Positions 38,498 to 51,557 of a stretch of DNA of 64,000 bases are shown one piece after another. Source of the stretch: Sphagnum compactum. Taxonomy: Eukaryota. The stretch is from positions 34,772,213-34,836,212 of the forward strand of contig OZ234493.1 of the NCBI GenBank assembly GCA_965153455.1, in the 5' to 3' direction. How positions within the stretch are numbered: position 1 is the first letter of the stretch; every line of letters starts with the position of its first letter. Position numbers and translations under genes: made by a program. The notes under the pieces are model-generated. The model had not been told where the DNA came from. It did not search any database and was given only the letters and a program-made list of their open reading frames with translations.

Positions 38498-39317
38498 CAC
38501 AACTCCTTCCTTCCTTCCTTCCTTCCTCCTCCCTCCCCGCCGCCTCCTCCTACTAACTTCAGCTCTCCCTTTCTCTTTGTTTCTTTCTCCGCCTCCTCTC
38601 GCGATCTCTTCCTCCTTTTTCTCGTGTTCCCTTTTCTTTCCCCCCCGCAAGCAGTCGCCCTCTCTCGCCCTCCGAACAAGACCCAACAGCACACGACTGA
38701 AGTTCGTCAGTCCTGAAAGGGAGAAAGACCAGTCGGGAACTTGGGAACAATATTGGGTTCCCAACTTCCATATTGGGGGTTTTGTTTTTTTTCTAAATAT
38801 TATTTAAAAATTGTTTAAATTCTAGTTCTACCAATTCCATGTGTAATATGAATCAATATAGATTTGATTGTCGAACATAAATAAATTATATATCCATTGC
38901 TAACTTTGTGGAATGCCTTGAAAATTGATCATTCTTGTGAACATGACTTTATAAATAACTCTAATGGGGTTTATAAAATCTCTTTCATGTCCAATTGGTC
39001 ACTTATGTGTCTCCTCATGCCCCCTTTATGTTTTTCCGCAAAGCTTCAAAAAGTCATGATCCAACACAAAAACTTAACATAAACATTCATGAAGGGAACA
39101 CCAAGCACAATTTCCTTTTTAAACTATGAGTTGCAAAACTTAAGTTTATATTACATGAGTTTTTTTTGAGGTTTAGAAATATAGGGTATAAGCTCGAGGT
39201 TCACAACATTTCTAGCAAACTTGTTATAGTGTTATGAACTTCCAATTAGGTGGTTACAATCCTCCATAGATGCCAAATTCATAACACTAAGTTGCTAGGG
39301 ATTATAGGAATATAGTG

Positions 39318-39430
39318 TAGGGTAAAGCCCTAGGGTGGGGGCATTCTCAAAATAAAGGGCCTAGGATGAGGCGATAGCCAAGTTTGGCCCCCACATTTTG
39401 AGAACGTCCCCGACCCATGGGCTTTACCTA
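39318..39430. mobile_element. Short foldback/MITE-like element (~113 bp)
   Basis: The left arm TAGGGTAAAGCCCTAGGGTGGGGGCATTCTCAAAAT pairs with the right arm ATTTTGAGAACGTCCCCGACCCATGGGCTTTACCTA. Confidence 0.75.
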
Positions 39431-39451
39431 TTGTAAAGCATGAGGCAAAAT

Positions 39452-39640
39452 TTATCATGAACCAACAACCTTTGTAGATCATGAGGGGTATGAATGGGAG
39501 GGTTCTTATGCCTACTCTTCAATAGTGGGAGGGTTCTTACACCTATGAGTAGGCATAATTTTCCTCCCCCTTAGGAGTAGGCATAATATCACTCCCAATT
39601 TCTAGGAGGGAAAAATTCATGGATATAAGGTGCCCTCCAC
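39452..39640. repeat. Dispersed repeat, copy 2 (copy 1 at 203-389)
   Basis: Same shared blocks as copy 1. Confidence 0.75.
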
Positions 39641-40732
39641 ATACACTACAAATTTTCTCCAAGTGTTGCTTTATACGATTTTGGAAAGCACTTCAAAGCT
39701 TATTCTTTGCAGTTCAAACCACTTCCTTGTTGCACCAATTGAAGGGACCTTCCACCTTTCATACTTTTTGCTTCCGAAGGCCAGCTGCTCCCAGGGTCCC
39801 CCCACCCCTAATTTTTTGACCTACCAGCATTGGCACTTGTTGCGGGTAGGTAATCCTACTCACAAAGTCCAAGTCAAAAGCGTATTTGAAAGTGTCCACT
39901 TAAGATCCCTCCTCGAGAAAAAAAAATTCTTGGAAACTCATGTAAAGCCTATTATTCCTCACCAAAGTTTGGAATATCACTAAGCAAATCCCTTTTTTCC
40001 TTCAGTTTGAGAGAATTACACCCTTTTGGATACTTTGGATACCTACCTAGAATGTTGCACTATGCCTCTTAAGCCCTAAATATCTCAAGTCCATGTTAAT
40101 TCAGAGGGTCTGAATCCAGATTCCACTGGAAGTTCATTTCAGCTAGACTTGCAAGTACATCTACAAGGGGGAAGTGGGCAACACTTATTATGGCTAATTC
40201 ATTTCCAATTGACTATTTTTGCTGGATGTGTTAATGAGGACCATGACTTTTTTTTTTTCTTCCACAATCTGACCAATTGTATATTTAGAATCTTGGGCAG
40301 TGTTGTTGGCATTTGGATGTTTTGAAATTTTTTGAAATTTTTGACACAAACAAAGATTATGAGCAAGAGAAAATCAAAAATTGTAACAACTATACAAAAG
40401 TCCCAATTTGTTTAGACTTTGTGTATTTGAGCACCTGGCCCCCATAGACCTGGGGGTCATGCCTGGGAGTGCCTAAGGGAAAAGAAGAATTATGAAATTT
40501 TCAAATATTTCAGCATGCAAAAATATAATCTTCAAAAAAAAATCTGGTTTAAGATTTTTGGTTTAAGATTATCCAAAAAATAAGTGGATCCTTCAAAAAT
40601 GTTCTCTAGAGTGCTAAGTGGACATCATATGACCCTAAAATTAAAATGTAGGGATACCAAACTTTGGCATCATAGTAGTCTCTAGTCACTACCTTGATGG
40701 GTAGAGCCAATTCATGATACCGTAGTAGTAGT

Positions 40733-40931
40733 TAGTACCTTGGCCATTCCAACACATGTCCGTCGAATTAATTTCGAAAAATTCATTTCAACAAATGGAA
40801 TAATTCGTAAATTATTCACTATTATTATCCTTCACAATATATTTTTTTGATTTGGAAGAAATAATTTCTGAAAATTTCAAGCATTTCTGAAAATAATAAT
40901 ATAATTAGTGTCGAATTGGCCAAGGGTACTA
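40733..40931. mobile_element. MITE with ~23-bp TIRs
   Basis: Left TAGTACCTTGGCCATTCCAACAC versus right GTGTCGAATTGGCCAAGGGTACTA (reverse complement TAGTACCCTTGGCCAATTCGACAC), with an AT-rich interior. A related fragment lies at ~52338-52407. Confidence 0.8.
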
Positions 40932-40935
40932 GGGT

Positions 40936-41241
40936 CAAGGGTTTTTTTTTTTTTTTTTTTCCAAATTCCTCAAGTAGGTGTACTGGCGAGGATCCTCAGC
41001 ATTAATTAGCAATAAATGGCGACTGTCTTGGTGGACTAGTAGATCTTTTTTGGAATCCTGCCTAGTTCTGGCGACCTAATGGAACACACTGTCTAAATCT
41101 GGCGACTTCTAACTCTCTTTTTTTCCTCGAGATATGGCGAATTTTTTTTAAAAAATTCTCAAAAATCCCTTTGTTGGATTCACCAGCCCTTTTTTTTTTT
41201 AGCCAGGTGGCGAAAATTCGCGAAAAAAAAAAAAAACCCTG
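40936..41241. mobile_element. hAT-type MITE (306 bp) with perfect 8-bp TSD
   Basis: TSD ACTAGGGT at 40928-40935 and 41242-41249. The TIRs are CAAGGG-T(n) and A(n)-CCCTG, with multiple internal TGGCGA subterminal motifs. Confidence 0.9.
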
Positions 41242-41387
41242 ACTAGGGTATACTAGCGCTGGAGCTAATTGCTGACAAGTGCAAACAGAATATGCCAAAA
41301 TCATGGCGACTCGCCTACCTGGGTGGACCCTAACTTAACGTGCGATTTTCTCGGTTAATTGGACCCCTACCGCCCTCAGGGCGGGCG

Positions 41388-41655
41388 CAGTGGTTGTTTG
41401 TTTTTTTAAAGGGGGGGGGGGGGGGGCTTTAGGAATTATCCCTAGGAAGATTTGAGTCAATTCTGGCTACCCTTATAATCAACTTTCTATATTTATGGCT
41501 ACACTTTCTGAAAAATAAAATCTAAAAAATCTAGTGATTTTTTTACTAATTCTTTCTCACTTCTGGGGCGATTAAACCCTCCCTCCAAATTCAATTCATT
41601 TTCGAATTTTTCATTTCGTTTTATGGCGATATTTCGCTAGTTCAAAAAACGGGCT
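41388..41655. mobile_element. MITE-like element (family shared with 41721-42011 and 2907-3152)
   Basis: Ends are CAGTGG... and ...AAAAAACGGGCTG. The internal GAAGATTT..TCTGGCTAC and TTTCTATATTTATGGCTAC match the neighbouring element. No clear TSD. Confidence 0.55.
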
Positions 41656-41720
41656 GGCCCTGTGTTGCAGCGTCGACCCTGGCGAAATTTGTGCACCTGT
41701 TTATACGAGAGCGTTCACGT

Positions 41721-42011
41721 CAGCGTTTTTAAAACTTTTCGGGGCAATTTTGTGTTACGGTTAAATGATTCATGTAAAGATTTTGCCAAAATTTGGCTAA
41801 AATCAAAATGTTATAGTATATTTTTTAAAACAACTTTCTATATTTTTGGCTACCTACTTGAACAAAGTATATAAATTTTGCAAATTTTCTTAAATTTTTG
41901 GTCATTTTTTTTTATGGATATTGAAAATCTTTAAAAAGCACTTTATTTTAGCACTTTTTCATTTTTAATATAGCTTTTTGGCTATATATAGTCAGCACAG
42001 AAAAAGGGCTG
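41721..42011. mobile_element. MITE flanked by a duplicated GAGCGTTCACGT
   Basis: TIR-like ends CAGCGTTTTT and AAAAAGGGCTG. The direct repeat GAGCGTTCACGT lies at 41709-41720 and 42014-42025. Confidence 0.75.
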
Positions 42012-42019
42012 ATGAGCGT

Positions 42020-42270
42020 TCACGTGGAGAAATCGACGTTGCTGCCGCGCACGTCGGCCCTAAAGCCGCCCCTAAAATCGCGCCTGCCCTCTTCTTTGAG
42101 CATCGCTCACACTAGAGACGAGGATTGAGACGAAGAAGCTTTGGCCGGCTCTCGATCTGCTTGTTGGACTCCTTCCGCTTCCTGTAGCCCGCGTGCCGTT
42201 GCCTTCGCTCTTGTGATTCACAGATTCCTGGACGCAATCGCGCGCGCTCGCTCGCTCGCTGAGGTAAGAA
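42020..42270 (+). promoter_or_regulatory. Probable WNK core promoter, first non-coding exon and 5'-UTR intron donor
   Basis: GC-rich island with a G-box CACGTG (42021-42026) and a strong donor GAG|GTAAGA at 42264, followed by ~2 kb of T-rich intron-like sequence before the ATG at 44347. Confidence 0.55.
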
Positions 42271-44346
42271 TTCCTACTTTTCCTGTTTCCTTGTGCTGCT
42301 TCTTCTCTGAATGCTGTTTTTTTTTTGCACGTCTTGATGTGCTGGTGTTGTTGGCTAGGGTTTGGTGCTCCGTGGACCCAGTCAGTCCAGTTAAATGAAA
42401 GCTGAAACCTCGTGAGCTCGTAAATCCGTGGTCTCTCTGTGTCCGATGTTTTGGTGGTCTTTGTGTAGATTCTTCTCGTTTGTTTCTTTGCGGTCTGTGG
42501 AACTCTTGAGGGAGTGTTTCTGTGGTTTTGTAACTTGTTAGTTTCCGATTCATCGCAAGCAGGGGCCAGAAAAGCTGCTGTTTACATCTTTTTTGAAGCG
42601 ATTTGTGTTCTTAGAATAAGGGAGTCTCGTGGTTTTGAGTTTTGGCGTCTCGTTCTTTCCCTCCGCCCGGTTGTTTTGCTGGTCGGTGCCTTGTATCCCC
42701 TGTCTCGCTATCAGAAATTTACAGTTTCTCTCACTTATCGGAATTTTGCAATTGGATCGTTCAAGTCTTCCACTTACCTCAATTGTTCTCGCCTTTAGTT
42801 CCGGAGTCATTGTATTTTCTTCTGCTTTTTTCCTGCCAGCGACTTTGATAGTAAGCCTTTTTCGATACCATGTCCTCTTTTTCTGGGCATCGCCATTGAT
42901 GACTTCCTGCTTCAGTTTACACAAGGACAAAGATTAACGGATATGTTGCCTCTTTTTGTATGCCTGAAATGTGCGGTACAAGGTTTGGATTGTACATGCC
43001 AGGATTTTGATTTCTGATTGTAGCTTGCTCGTGCTTTAGATGGTGTACTTTCAGACAGTAGTTTGAAAGTCTATGTGCCCACGAAGACTTTTTCTTTGAG
43101 AAACTAGTCTTCACTCAAACCTTTTCTTGTTTCTCGGATTTGAGCTTCTACTGATTTCCTTCGACAAGCTACAGCCACTGCTGACGAGTTTATAGAAAAT
43201 GTTTTGAATTTTGTTTTCAAATCTTTTAGCTAAATTTTTTGTAGCTTGGTCAACTGAATTTTTGCATCTTTTTGTGATTGCTCACTCTCCTTGAGTGCTG
43301 TCAAGGGGAGTGAGCAATAATGGCAAACATTGTTCATGACAACAGCTTATTGTTCATTGAAAAAGATTGTGTGTCAGGATTTATGTACAAGAGTGCAAGT
43401 ATAGGTGCTGCACAAATACAGTAGGATTTGTAATTGCAAAAGGTGTTTTCCTGGATTTCTCCAGGTGTCTGCTGCATTTTAAAAGAATATATGTGTGGAA
43501 AAATGCTCTGGTGAAGGTGGTTTGAATTTTACAGTATTTCAGGGTTTTTCTCTGAATGGTGTTTTTATCTCTGTCTCACAAACTGAGCACATTTTGATGC
43601 TCTTCTTGACTTGGAAATCTCAAACATCCATGACTTGAGCAGGAATGTGGTTCTGTAAACAACTGAGATCTCTACTTTTGCATGGGTCCTTTCAAACCCA
43701 CCTCATCGAGATTGAAAGGACTTTACTGAAATGTATGTGTAAGGGATTAAAACTTGGAGTGATGGGTGTAAGGGAGATTGTGACACCTCTACTCACCATG
43801 GAAAGCAACATTTTCAGAAAAGCTGATTTTTGGAAAAACTATGTACAAGCCATGCTCATTATCATACAGTTTGAACTTTTCCTGCATAGACTGTACACGC
43901 ATCCTCTGGAACTGGTGTCACCTCTACATGCACAGTCAGGCTACACTTGGAGAGTGAAGTTGTGCATTTTCCATAACTGGGAGCACGCCAATCAAGTTCT
44001 TCTCCTGAAGTGTTATGAGTGTTCAAGAATTCGGCTCCAAGCACTAGTAGACAAGGTTGTGCTTGACCAAATGCTTAAATCCCTCAATGGCAGCATTCAT
44101 TAATGTGTTTGGATTGCTTGTGTGCAGGGGTCCAAGGTATAATATTTGATGTTCATTAACTTTATACAAGGATTTAGCTAACACGACAAGAGCACAGGGG
44201 AGGTTGAGAAAGAAAGAAGGAATATGTTCACGCACATGTTATTGTGCCTCCAGTTATATCTGCTGTGATGTTCTATGGTTCCCATGCAGTGACTGGCAAA
44301 CTGCTTCAAGCCAGCTGATCATTTTGTTTTATCCTATTCTATCAAA

Positions 44347-47300
44347 ATGCCAAATAAGCATGAAATCAAGTCTGAAGTGGACAGAAATACTTCAGCTGAT
44401 CATCCTCCTGATAATGATGGTGACGATGATGACTCAGAATTTGTTGAAGTTGATCCTACTGGTCGCTATGGGCGGGTCAGTATTGGCATGGCCATTCTCT
44501 CCAGTTCTTCTTGTCACTTTTTTCCTTTTTCTCTTACTAATGCTTCTTTTTTGTGCTGACTTTCTGAGTATCTTTGAAATTCTAATACAGTTTGTGATAT
44601 GGTGAATGCAGTATGATGATGTTCTTGGCAAAGGGGCTTTTAAGACTGTGTATCCTATTTCAGCTATTTGTAGAGAGAAATTTCAGCTATCCTAGTGTTG
44701 AAATGAATAAAAGTGATGCTTACCAGAATGACGCAAATCACAAACATTTGGGTGGAAATGATTTTGCTGTCGTAATGTCTTCATGTTGGCACTGTTAGCC
44801 TTTACTCCTTTGCAGCTACAGGGCATTTGATGAAGTGGATGGAATTGAAGTGGCATGGAATCAAGTGAAAGTTCAAGATGTTTTGAAGAGTCCTGATGAT
44901 CTGGAGCGCCTTTATTCGGAAGTTCACTTGTTGAAGACACTGAAACACAAGAACATCATTAAATTTTATAATTCTTGGGTGGACACCAAGACAAAGAATG
45001 TGAACTTCATCACTGAGATTTTTACCTCTGGCACTTTGAGGCAGTAAGTACTCTCTTTCGAACTGCTTTGGCTTCAGATGAGACACTACTTGGATTCCAG
45101 TGGGTCATAGTATAGGAATAGAAGTGGAATTAAGAAGCCTCTCCAAGGTTGGAATTATAGCTGAACTGCCTAAATATTCTTGTGCGTCAGGAGATCTATT
45201 GCATCCATGGGAAGTCTTGCATTGCAGGGGGAAAATCTCTTATTTGACTCTGCTGGATAGCTGGAAGTTGCCTGAATCTTACTCCCTTGCTGCTTTCCAA
45301 TGCTGTCCACACTTGATTTGTTTTGGAAGCCTAGGGTGTTATTACTTGAACTGGATGTTGGTGATCACTCAAGAATTGGATTTCCTTAAGAATAGGCCAG
45401 ATGAGCATTATGAGGGGGTTAAATCCATATTTAGAAATCTTGATTTGTGCCATTTCATTCACATTCTCAATGGTTTTGAGCATGGGGAACAGTCCTTGAT
45501 TGTAGAGGAAAGGTTCCAGATCTTCTATTTGAGAGGAAAACATAATATGTAAGCAGGTGATTTCTGGGTGATGTTCTTTGTCTAGGGAGATAAAATAGAA
45601 ATTTGTTGACCAATTGAGTAGGGTATTTCAGGTACCGGAAGAAACACAAGCATGTTGACATCAAGGCAGTTAAGAATTGGTCACGCCAGATTTTGCGTGG
45701 GCTCCTTTACCTGCATAGTCACGATCCACCAATCATACATCGTGACCTGAAGTGTGACAACATTTTTGTGAATGGCAATCAAGGGGAGGTCAAAATTGGG
45801 GACCTGGGACTTGCAGCCATTCTGCGACAGGCACATGCAGCTCACAGTGTCATTGGTGGGTAACCTTGTTTCCATTTTTATGTGTGGTTGTCAAATGAGC
45901 AGCTCTTTCTGAGTGGGCTTAGCACCTAAGTATCTGTACACACGAGCTCTCAGTTATGCAGGCTTTGGCTGTCATCGTTTTCTTGGTCTGTTGCTAATTA
46001 TTTCCATTATTTCTTATGCACATGATATTTGTTCACTCTCTTGTGCTACTCTGCAATTGTTGTGGATGTGGATCTGCTCCAATGAACTGAAGAGAACTGT
46101 TTAGCCCAGGTATTGAGATTGAAAATGTGAAATAGTTACTTTGAACTCTAGACAGATGAAGAAAGGTGTTTAGCTTTCTGATGCAGCCTCTGTTGTACCT
46201 GAGGTCAGGTCTCCTTTTAATAAGGAGCATGAACTTGGTGCCAATAATTATGATGCCAGTTTTGCAATCCTCAAGGCTGAGCTTACAGCTTGCCTTTCTT
46301 GGTGTGACTACTTTGTAATTCATAGGCAGCAGACTGATTAGTGTCAGAAGGGGGGGATCATATGAGATTTTTTGTTCAAATTTGTACAAGACTCATTAGA
46401 CAAGGTTGTGTACAATTAGGTTGTTTCTTATCTGAATGTTAGCTATTGGAGTGAGCCCAGCAGGGAATTGTTGTGGCAAAAAGCTGGCTCAGTCTTGTAG
46501 CTTTTTCTCATCCAATGTATGGTTAATTGTTTTGCAGGTACACCAGAGTTTATGGCCCCAGAGCTTTATGAAGAAGAATATAATGAGCTTGTTGACATAT
46601 ATTCTTTTGGAATGTGCCTTTTAGAGATGGTTACCTTTGAATATCCTTACAGTGAGTGCACCAATGCTGCACAGATCTACAAGAAGGTGACATCGGTAAG
46701 AAGCTCTGGCTTTTTGCTTCTTCTGTTAGTGTTCAGAATTATCAGCTGAGCTCTTTTGTTTTTGTGTTCCCATATTGGACATCTCTGTACAAATGCAGTG
46801 TGAATGGTGCTTCAACAGGGGAGTAGACGTTGATTCTTGAATCTTATGCAGGGCAAGAAGCCAGCTGCTCTTGAGAAAGTGAAGGACCCGGAGGTTCGAG
46901 CATTTGTTGAGAAGTGTCTGGCTGCTGCATCCATCAGGCTACCTGCAAGAGAGCTTCTAATGGACTCATTTCTCCAGTGTGAAGGTGACCGTGAAGCATT
47001 GGAATGTGGGTCATCTTTACTGATTGCAAAGTGCAGGATAGACGACATGGAAGAGCTTGGTGTGGTTTTTGAAAACCCAGTACCTTCAATGCCTCAGTTA
47101 GCAGATTTCCACACCAAACAGAAGGGTCTAGGAGATCATAGTGACAGCCATGCAGATGTTGTGAGCACATCAGAGATGCCACCACCATCGTCAGTTGCTT
47201 GGGAGCCTGAAGCAGAGGATCACCCTCAGCCCAGAAACAGTCACTTCGAACCTGACAAATACTCAGGGGAGAAGGAGCGGGCACGCAGAGACTTTAGGGT

Positions 47301-48868
47301 GAAGGGTAAAAGAGGAGATGATGACACCATTTATTTGAGACTTCGCATTGCTGATCATGATGGTGAGTTTTAGTTGGAGTCTGTGGTGGTGAATGGTCGT
47401 TTTCAAGCACCATTTTCCCATGTAAATGTGCTTTTGTTGATAGGAACACAAGTCCCACCTTTGCAGCAGTTTTTTATGAGTGTCAGAGAATATGTATTGA
47501 TAGCACTGTTGTGCCAGAGAAACTGTAACAATGTGCGATTCTTGTTTCACAGGTCACAGCCGCAACATCCACTTCCCTTTTGACATAGAGATGGACACGG
47601 CAATGAGTGTTGCAAGTGAAATGGTGGCAGAGCTTGACCTGTCTGACCAGGATGTTACCACCATTGCTGAGATGATTGATGTGGAAATCCTTGCATTGGT
47701 TCCTGAATGGAAACCAGGAGTTGCTGTTGATGATACCGGTGCCACTGATGGTGAAACTGGTGGACCAAATGAGGACAGTTATCCACAAGAACCAGATGAG
47801 TATGATCCAATCGCCACAATATCTTCTGAGGACTCTATGACTGAACAACTTGCATCCAGTTGGAAACCACGTTCTTTTTCCCCCAAGATCAGCTCCGTAG
47901 CTGGAACCTCTCCTCCAAGGGTGGTTGAGGGGACCATGCATGGACGCTTTGAGGAAGTCACATACCGTACTCGATCTGATCTTCAGCAACGTGGACCTGA
48001 AGATCCTGTGGTCTTCTCCAGTGATTCTTCTGAAGGACACATGAGAGGTGAAGAAGATTGGGAGCATGATAGATCAAAATCTGAAGCTTCTGTGGCAGAT
48101 AGTGCCTCACCTACCCGTGGATCTTTCTCATCTGGCCTAAAGCACACTGACCTTGCTGAGGAGGATTGCCACAGTGAGGCAGGATCTTTTGATGAGCTTG
48201 GTGAAGTGAGAAGTACCAGTAGTGCCCAGTTCACAGGGAGGCTTCGAGAGGAAGAGGGTGTAGAAGATAACCAAGGTTTCTATAGAAGCAATGATTGTAT
48301 CGAAAATGAAGGGTTGCTGTCAGATTGGAGCAACCATAGTGAAGATGAAGAAGCCATTACTAATCGTGAACTGGAGAGACTGGCATTACAACAAAAGGAA
48401 GAGCTTCGTGACCTCCAACACCGGCATGAGCAAGCCTTGCTTGCAATCAAGAATCGGATGTGGCAAAAACCGTCCAAGTCAATCTCATCACGTTCAGGAC
48501 ACACCCATTCTTCCAATGTAGATTTCCATCGGAGCAATATAAGGAACCAGACCTTTCAATCAACACAGCCTCGCTCAGCATCATGTGTTGATCTTCGCAG
48601 CAAGCAGTTCCTGGAAACTCAGAATGGCAAGCTGCCTTCAGAGGAGTCAGAGGTCTTAAGCAGGCTTGCTTCAAGAAAAGGTGCAGGTATGAGTGCTGGT
48701 TATGTCAAGTTCACGGATGAACCAAGAGGCTTTGGGTTAGACCACAATTTGCAAGGGCATTTTTCTCAAGAATCATCATCAGACAGTAGGTATAATAGAC
48801 GACATTCATGGAAACCAGATACAGCAATAAGAGAGCATGGGAAATTCAAAGGGCCCTACTTCTATTAG
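44347..48868 (+). CDS. WNK: WNK (With No lysine) Ser/Thr protein kinase, ~867 aa, 7 coding exons
   Basis: Exons 44347-44475, 44612-44649, 44816-45043, 45632-45855, 46538-46695, 46852-47362 and 47553-48868 total 2604 nt, in phase. Motifs include [23 protein letters not shown] (catalytic Lys in subdomain I), [26 protein letters not shown] and GTPEFMAPE, plus a regulatory RNIHFPFD...EMVAELD domain, HGRFEEV and a C-terminal coiled coil. Confidence 0.96.
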
Positions 48869-49858
48869 AAGTTTCCCAGGCTTTGGGTTAATCAATCATA
48901 AGGCTTACGATGTCAAGCACAGCTTCATAAAGGACTGCTTCAGCTAGAAATGCTGAGAAGGTTAGTAACACCTACTCCACTTTTCTTTTCCTTTACTATG
49001 ATTATATTACAGTGGTTAATTTGCCATGCCACCTTGGTTGGTGGTCAACCAGAGCACTGGCTTGTGACATGCCATTTTTCTGGATGTTCAGTTACAAACA
49101 TAGGTAGTAGATTTGAGTGTACTTTTGAGGCACATATTCAGGGCGCCAGCTTTTTATCTGGTGTATGTCATACCTAAAACTGGGTTTGATTTTATTTTCT
49201 TTTGTACTTTAGTTTGCTGTAATGTTGATAGTCTACTGCCATTAGCACAAAACTGGCCAATCTGTTGAATTGGTGTTTGCAGTCAGATTAGCTTCGTCCC
49301 TTGGTGCCAGTACTTCCAAATAGTGGGTGATTGAATATTGTGGCACAGACAATTGGAAATGACAGTTGTAGATTTTGGCGTAGATTTTGGCCAAACGGTA
49401 CTGAGTCAGTAAACATCCTAGTCAAAGAGTTTCTAACAATACAAAGTTTCTTTGACTGCTTTGAATTCTGAATTATGACTAGGAAAGGCATTTCATTTCA
49501 TGCATAGTATAAACTGTCTATAAATCTAGATCATACATGCAGCAGCTACTTATGGACAATAATAAGATTCTGCAACAAATTGTAAGGTACTTGCTTTCAA
49601 TCAGTTTACAGATCGGTCAGCACCTCCTACCAAAAGTTGTGAAAAAATAGTTCTCCCAAAACACCAAAGCTTGTGCTGAAAAAGGAAATATATCCATCAA
49701 ACAATAGAGATTTCCATAAAGTCAGATAAAGACAGCACCAGTACCCTGAGTTTGGTCATACACAGGGTGAGATTGAAAAAATACTTGCACAAGAGTACAT
49801 TACCATTCAATTTTAATGGTTTCTGAGTTTCCTCCTGTCTTTCTTCTTTCGTGTCCGG

Positions 49859-50045
49859 CTCCATTGCTGCTACATAGATTTTCACTGCTTCTACCCGTAC
49901 AGCTGCTATAATTCCTCTCGAACCCTGTGCATTAAATGCTGAGTTTCAGCATTTCATACTGAGATTTAATAAAATTTCCTTACTTTACAGAAAAGAGGGC
50001 GTGAAAGGAGGCCCAAAGACAGGCTGAAGACAGGGTGACTTTACA
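49859..50045. repeat. Dispersed ~190-bp repeat, copy 2 (copy 1 at 2348-2545)
   Basis: Same shared blocks as copy 1. It lies between the convergent WNK and H2B 3' ends. Confidence 0.9.
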
Positions 50046-50847
50046 CTGACTATTTCTCAGAAACTATTCCTGGTGTACAACATTCCTTCCAAACATGCTA
50101 AACACACTTCAGCAGGCATTGCACATAAAATAAATTTTGCTGTAACAAGAATTTGTTGCATTCTCTTCTGCACAAAATGTCAATTTCCATTATGCACAGC
50201 CAATGTTTCTTCAGTCTCTGCTCACATGGTATTCCAAACTCCACTGGAATTATTGTCTACATTAGAAGTTTGAAGAGAAGTAGATGTACATGCAAACCAA
50301 GACATACAAGAGGTTATCCTAAGAGGACCAGCAGAGGAGAGGCAAAACCCTAGTGCTTTCTGCAGAAGCAACAAAGGCAAAATCTTATTGTTGTCCATAA
50401 GAAGCAACTTGCTAAAGCACAACGCTAACTTTCAACAATAGCACAACCCAAAAGAGTAAGCTCTTCAATTCGGCAGTTCAACAATACAAATGATTTAGAA
50501 AGTCTATTTACACTAACTCTGCAAATCAGTAATCAGAGCGCATCACCACATTTGCTTAGGGATTTCACATCCAAAATCTGCCCTTCCCTGTAAACACGCT
50601 TTGCACATCACAGAATTCATCAACATGCCCTCAAAAGATTAAGTGCAGCATACCAAAAGCTCTAAAAGCCGTGATACTTACGGACCTTCGTGGAAGCTAT
50701 AAACAAGTCCACAAGATTCCATAGGGGAAGTGTCAATGCCTCTTTGATAAAAGTAATTCAAGTAGAAAATTAGTACTGGAGCTGTTGATTTGCAAAGGGA
50801 TGGTGGTGTTCATAAACACCAAGAAAAAGCGTATTTTCCCGAGAGCC

Positions 50848-51410
50848 TCAAGCACTAGTGAATTTAGTGACAGCCTTCGTTCCTTCGGAGACTGCGTGCT
50901 TAGCAAGTTCTCCAGGCAATATCAAACGCACAGCTGTTTGAATTTCCCGTGATGTAATAGTGGGCTTCTTATTATAGCGAGCAAGACGAGCCGCTTCTTG
51001 CGCTAACTTCTCAAAGATATCGTTGATGAAAGAGTTCATAATTCCCATAGCTTTCGAAGAGATCCCCGTATCGGGATGAACCTAAACAGACAGAACACAA
51101 AATAGGACATTGTTAAGAAAATCTAAACAACGTGTGCCATAAAACAAGCCACTCTCAATTCGGACAGTGAGAACTAAACAGTCTACTAAAAAAAACCCCT
51201 AAGCTTTTCGACCGTAGAGAAGCGAACAACACTGTTTACCTGCTTCAAAACTTTGTAGATGTAAATCTTATAAGTCTCGATACTCTTGGCCTTTTTCTTC
51301 TTGCTTCCCTCCTTCTTCACCGGTTTCTTCTCGGCCTTGGTCTTCACGGGCTTCTTCTCAGCCCTGGACTTCCCTCCTTTCTGCTCAGCTTCAACCGCTT
51401 TTGGCGCCAT
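50848..51410 (-). CDS. H2B: Histone H2B, 134 aa, with one 158-nt intron
   Basis: Exons 51410-51240 (MAPKA...AEKKP...[13 protein letters not shown]) and 51081-50848 ([27 protein letters not shown]...[15 protein letters not shown]). The intron is GTAAAC...TTTAG, phase 0. Confidence 0.98.
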
Positions 51411-51557
51411 CGCATACAAGGAAAACACTAAACGCAAAGCCTTGAAAACAATCTTCGAACTCTTCTAACAAATCGCTCCTTCAAACGAACTGTTCTTCAG
51501 ACCGCTCGCGAAATCGGAAAAAACAGGTTACAAGCTCATAAGTTCCGCGAGGTCGCC

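Noticed and set aside
38498-38764. N-terminal extension of XCT in the ORF track
   Set aside because: It is a purine-rich 5' UTR with a TTG start. The conserved XCT start MSGMGDG is at 38497.
43645-44103. 152-aa ATG-initiated ORF upstream of WNK
   Set aside because: It lies in the presumed 5'-UTR intron, has no recognisable domain, and its composition is intron-like.
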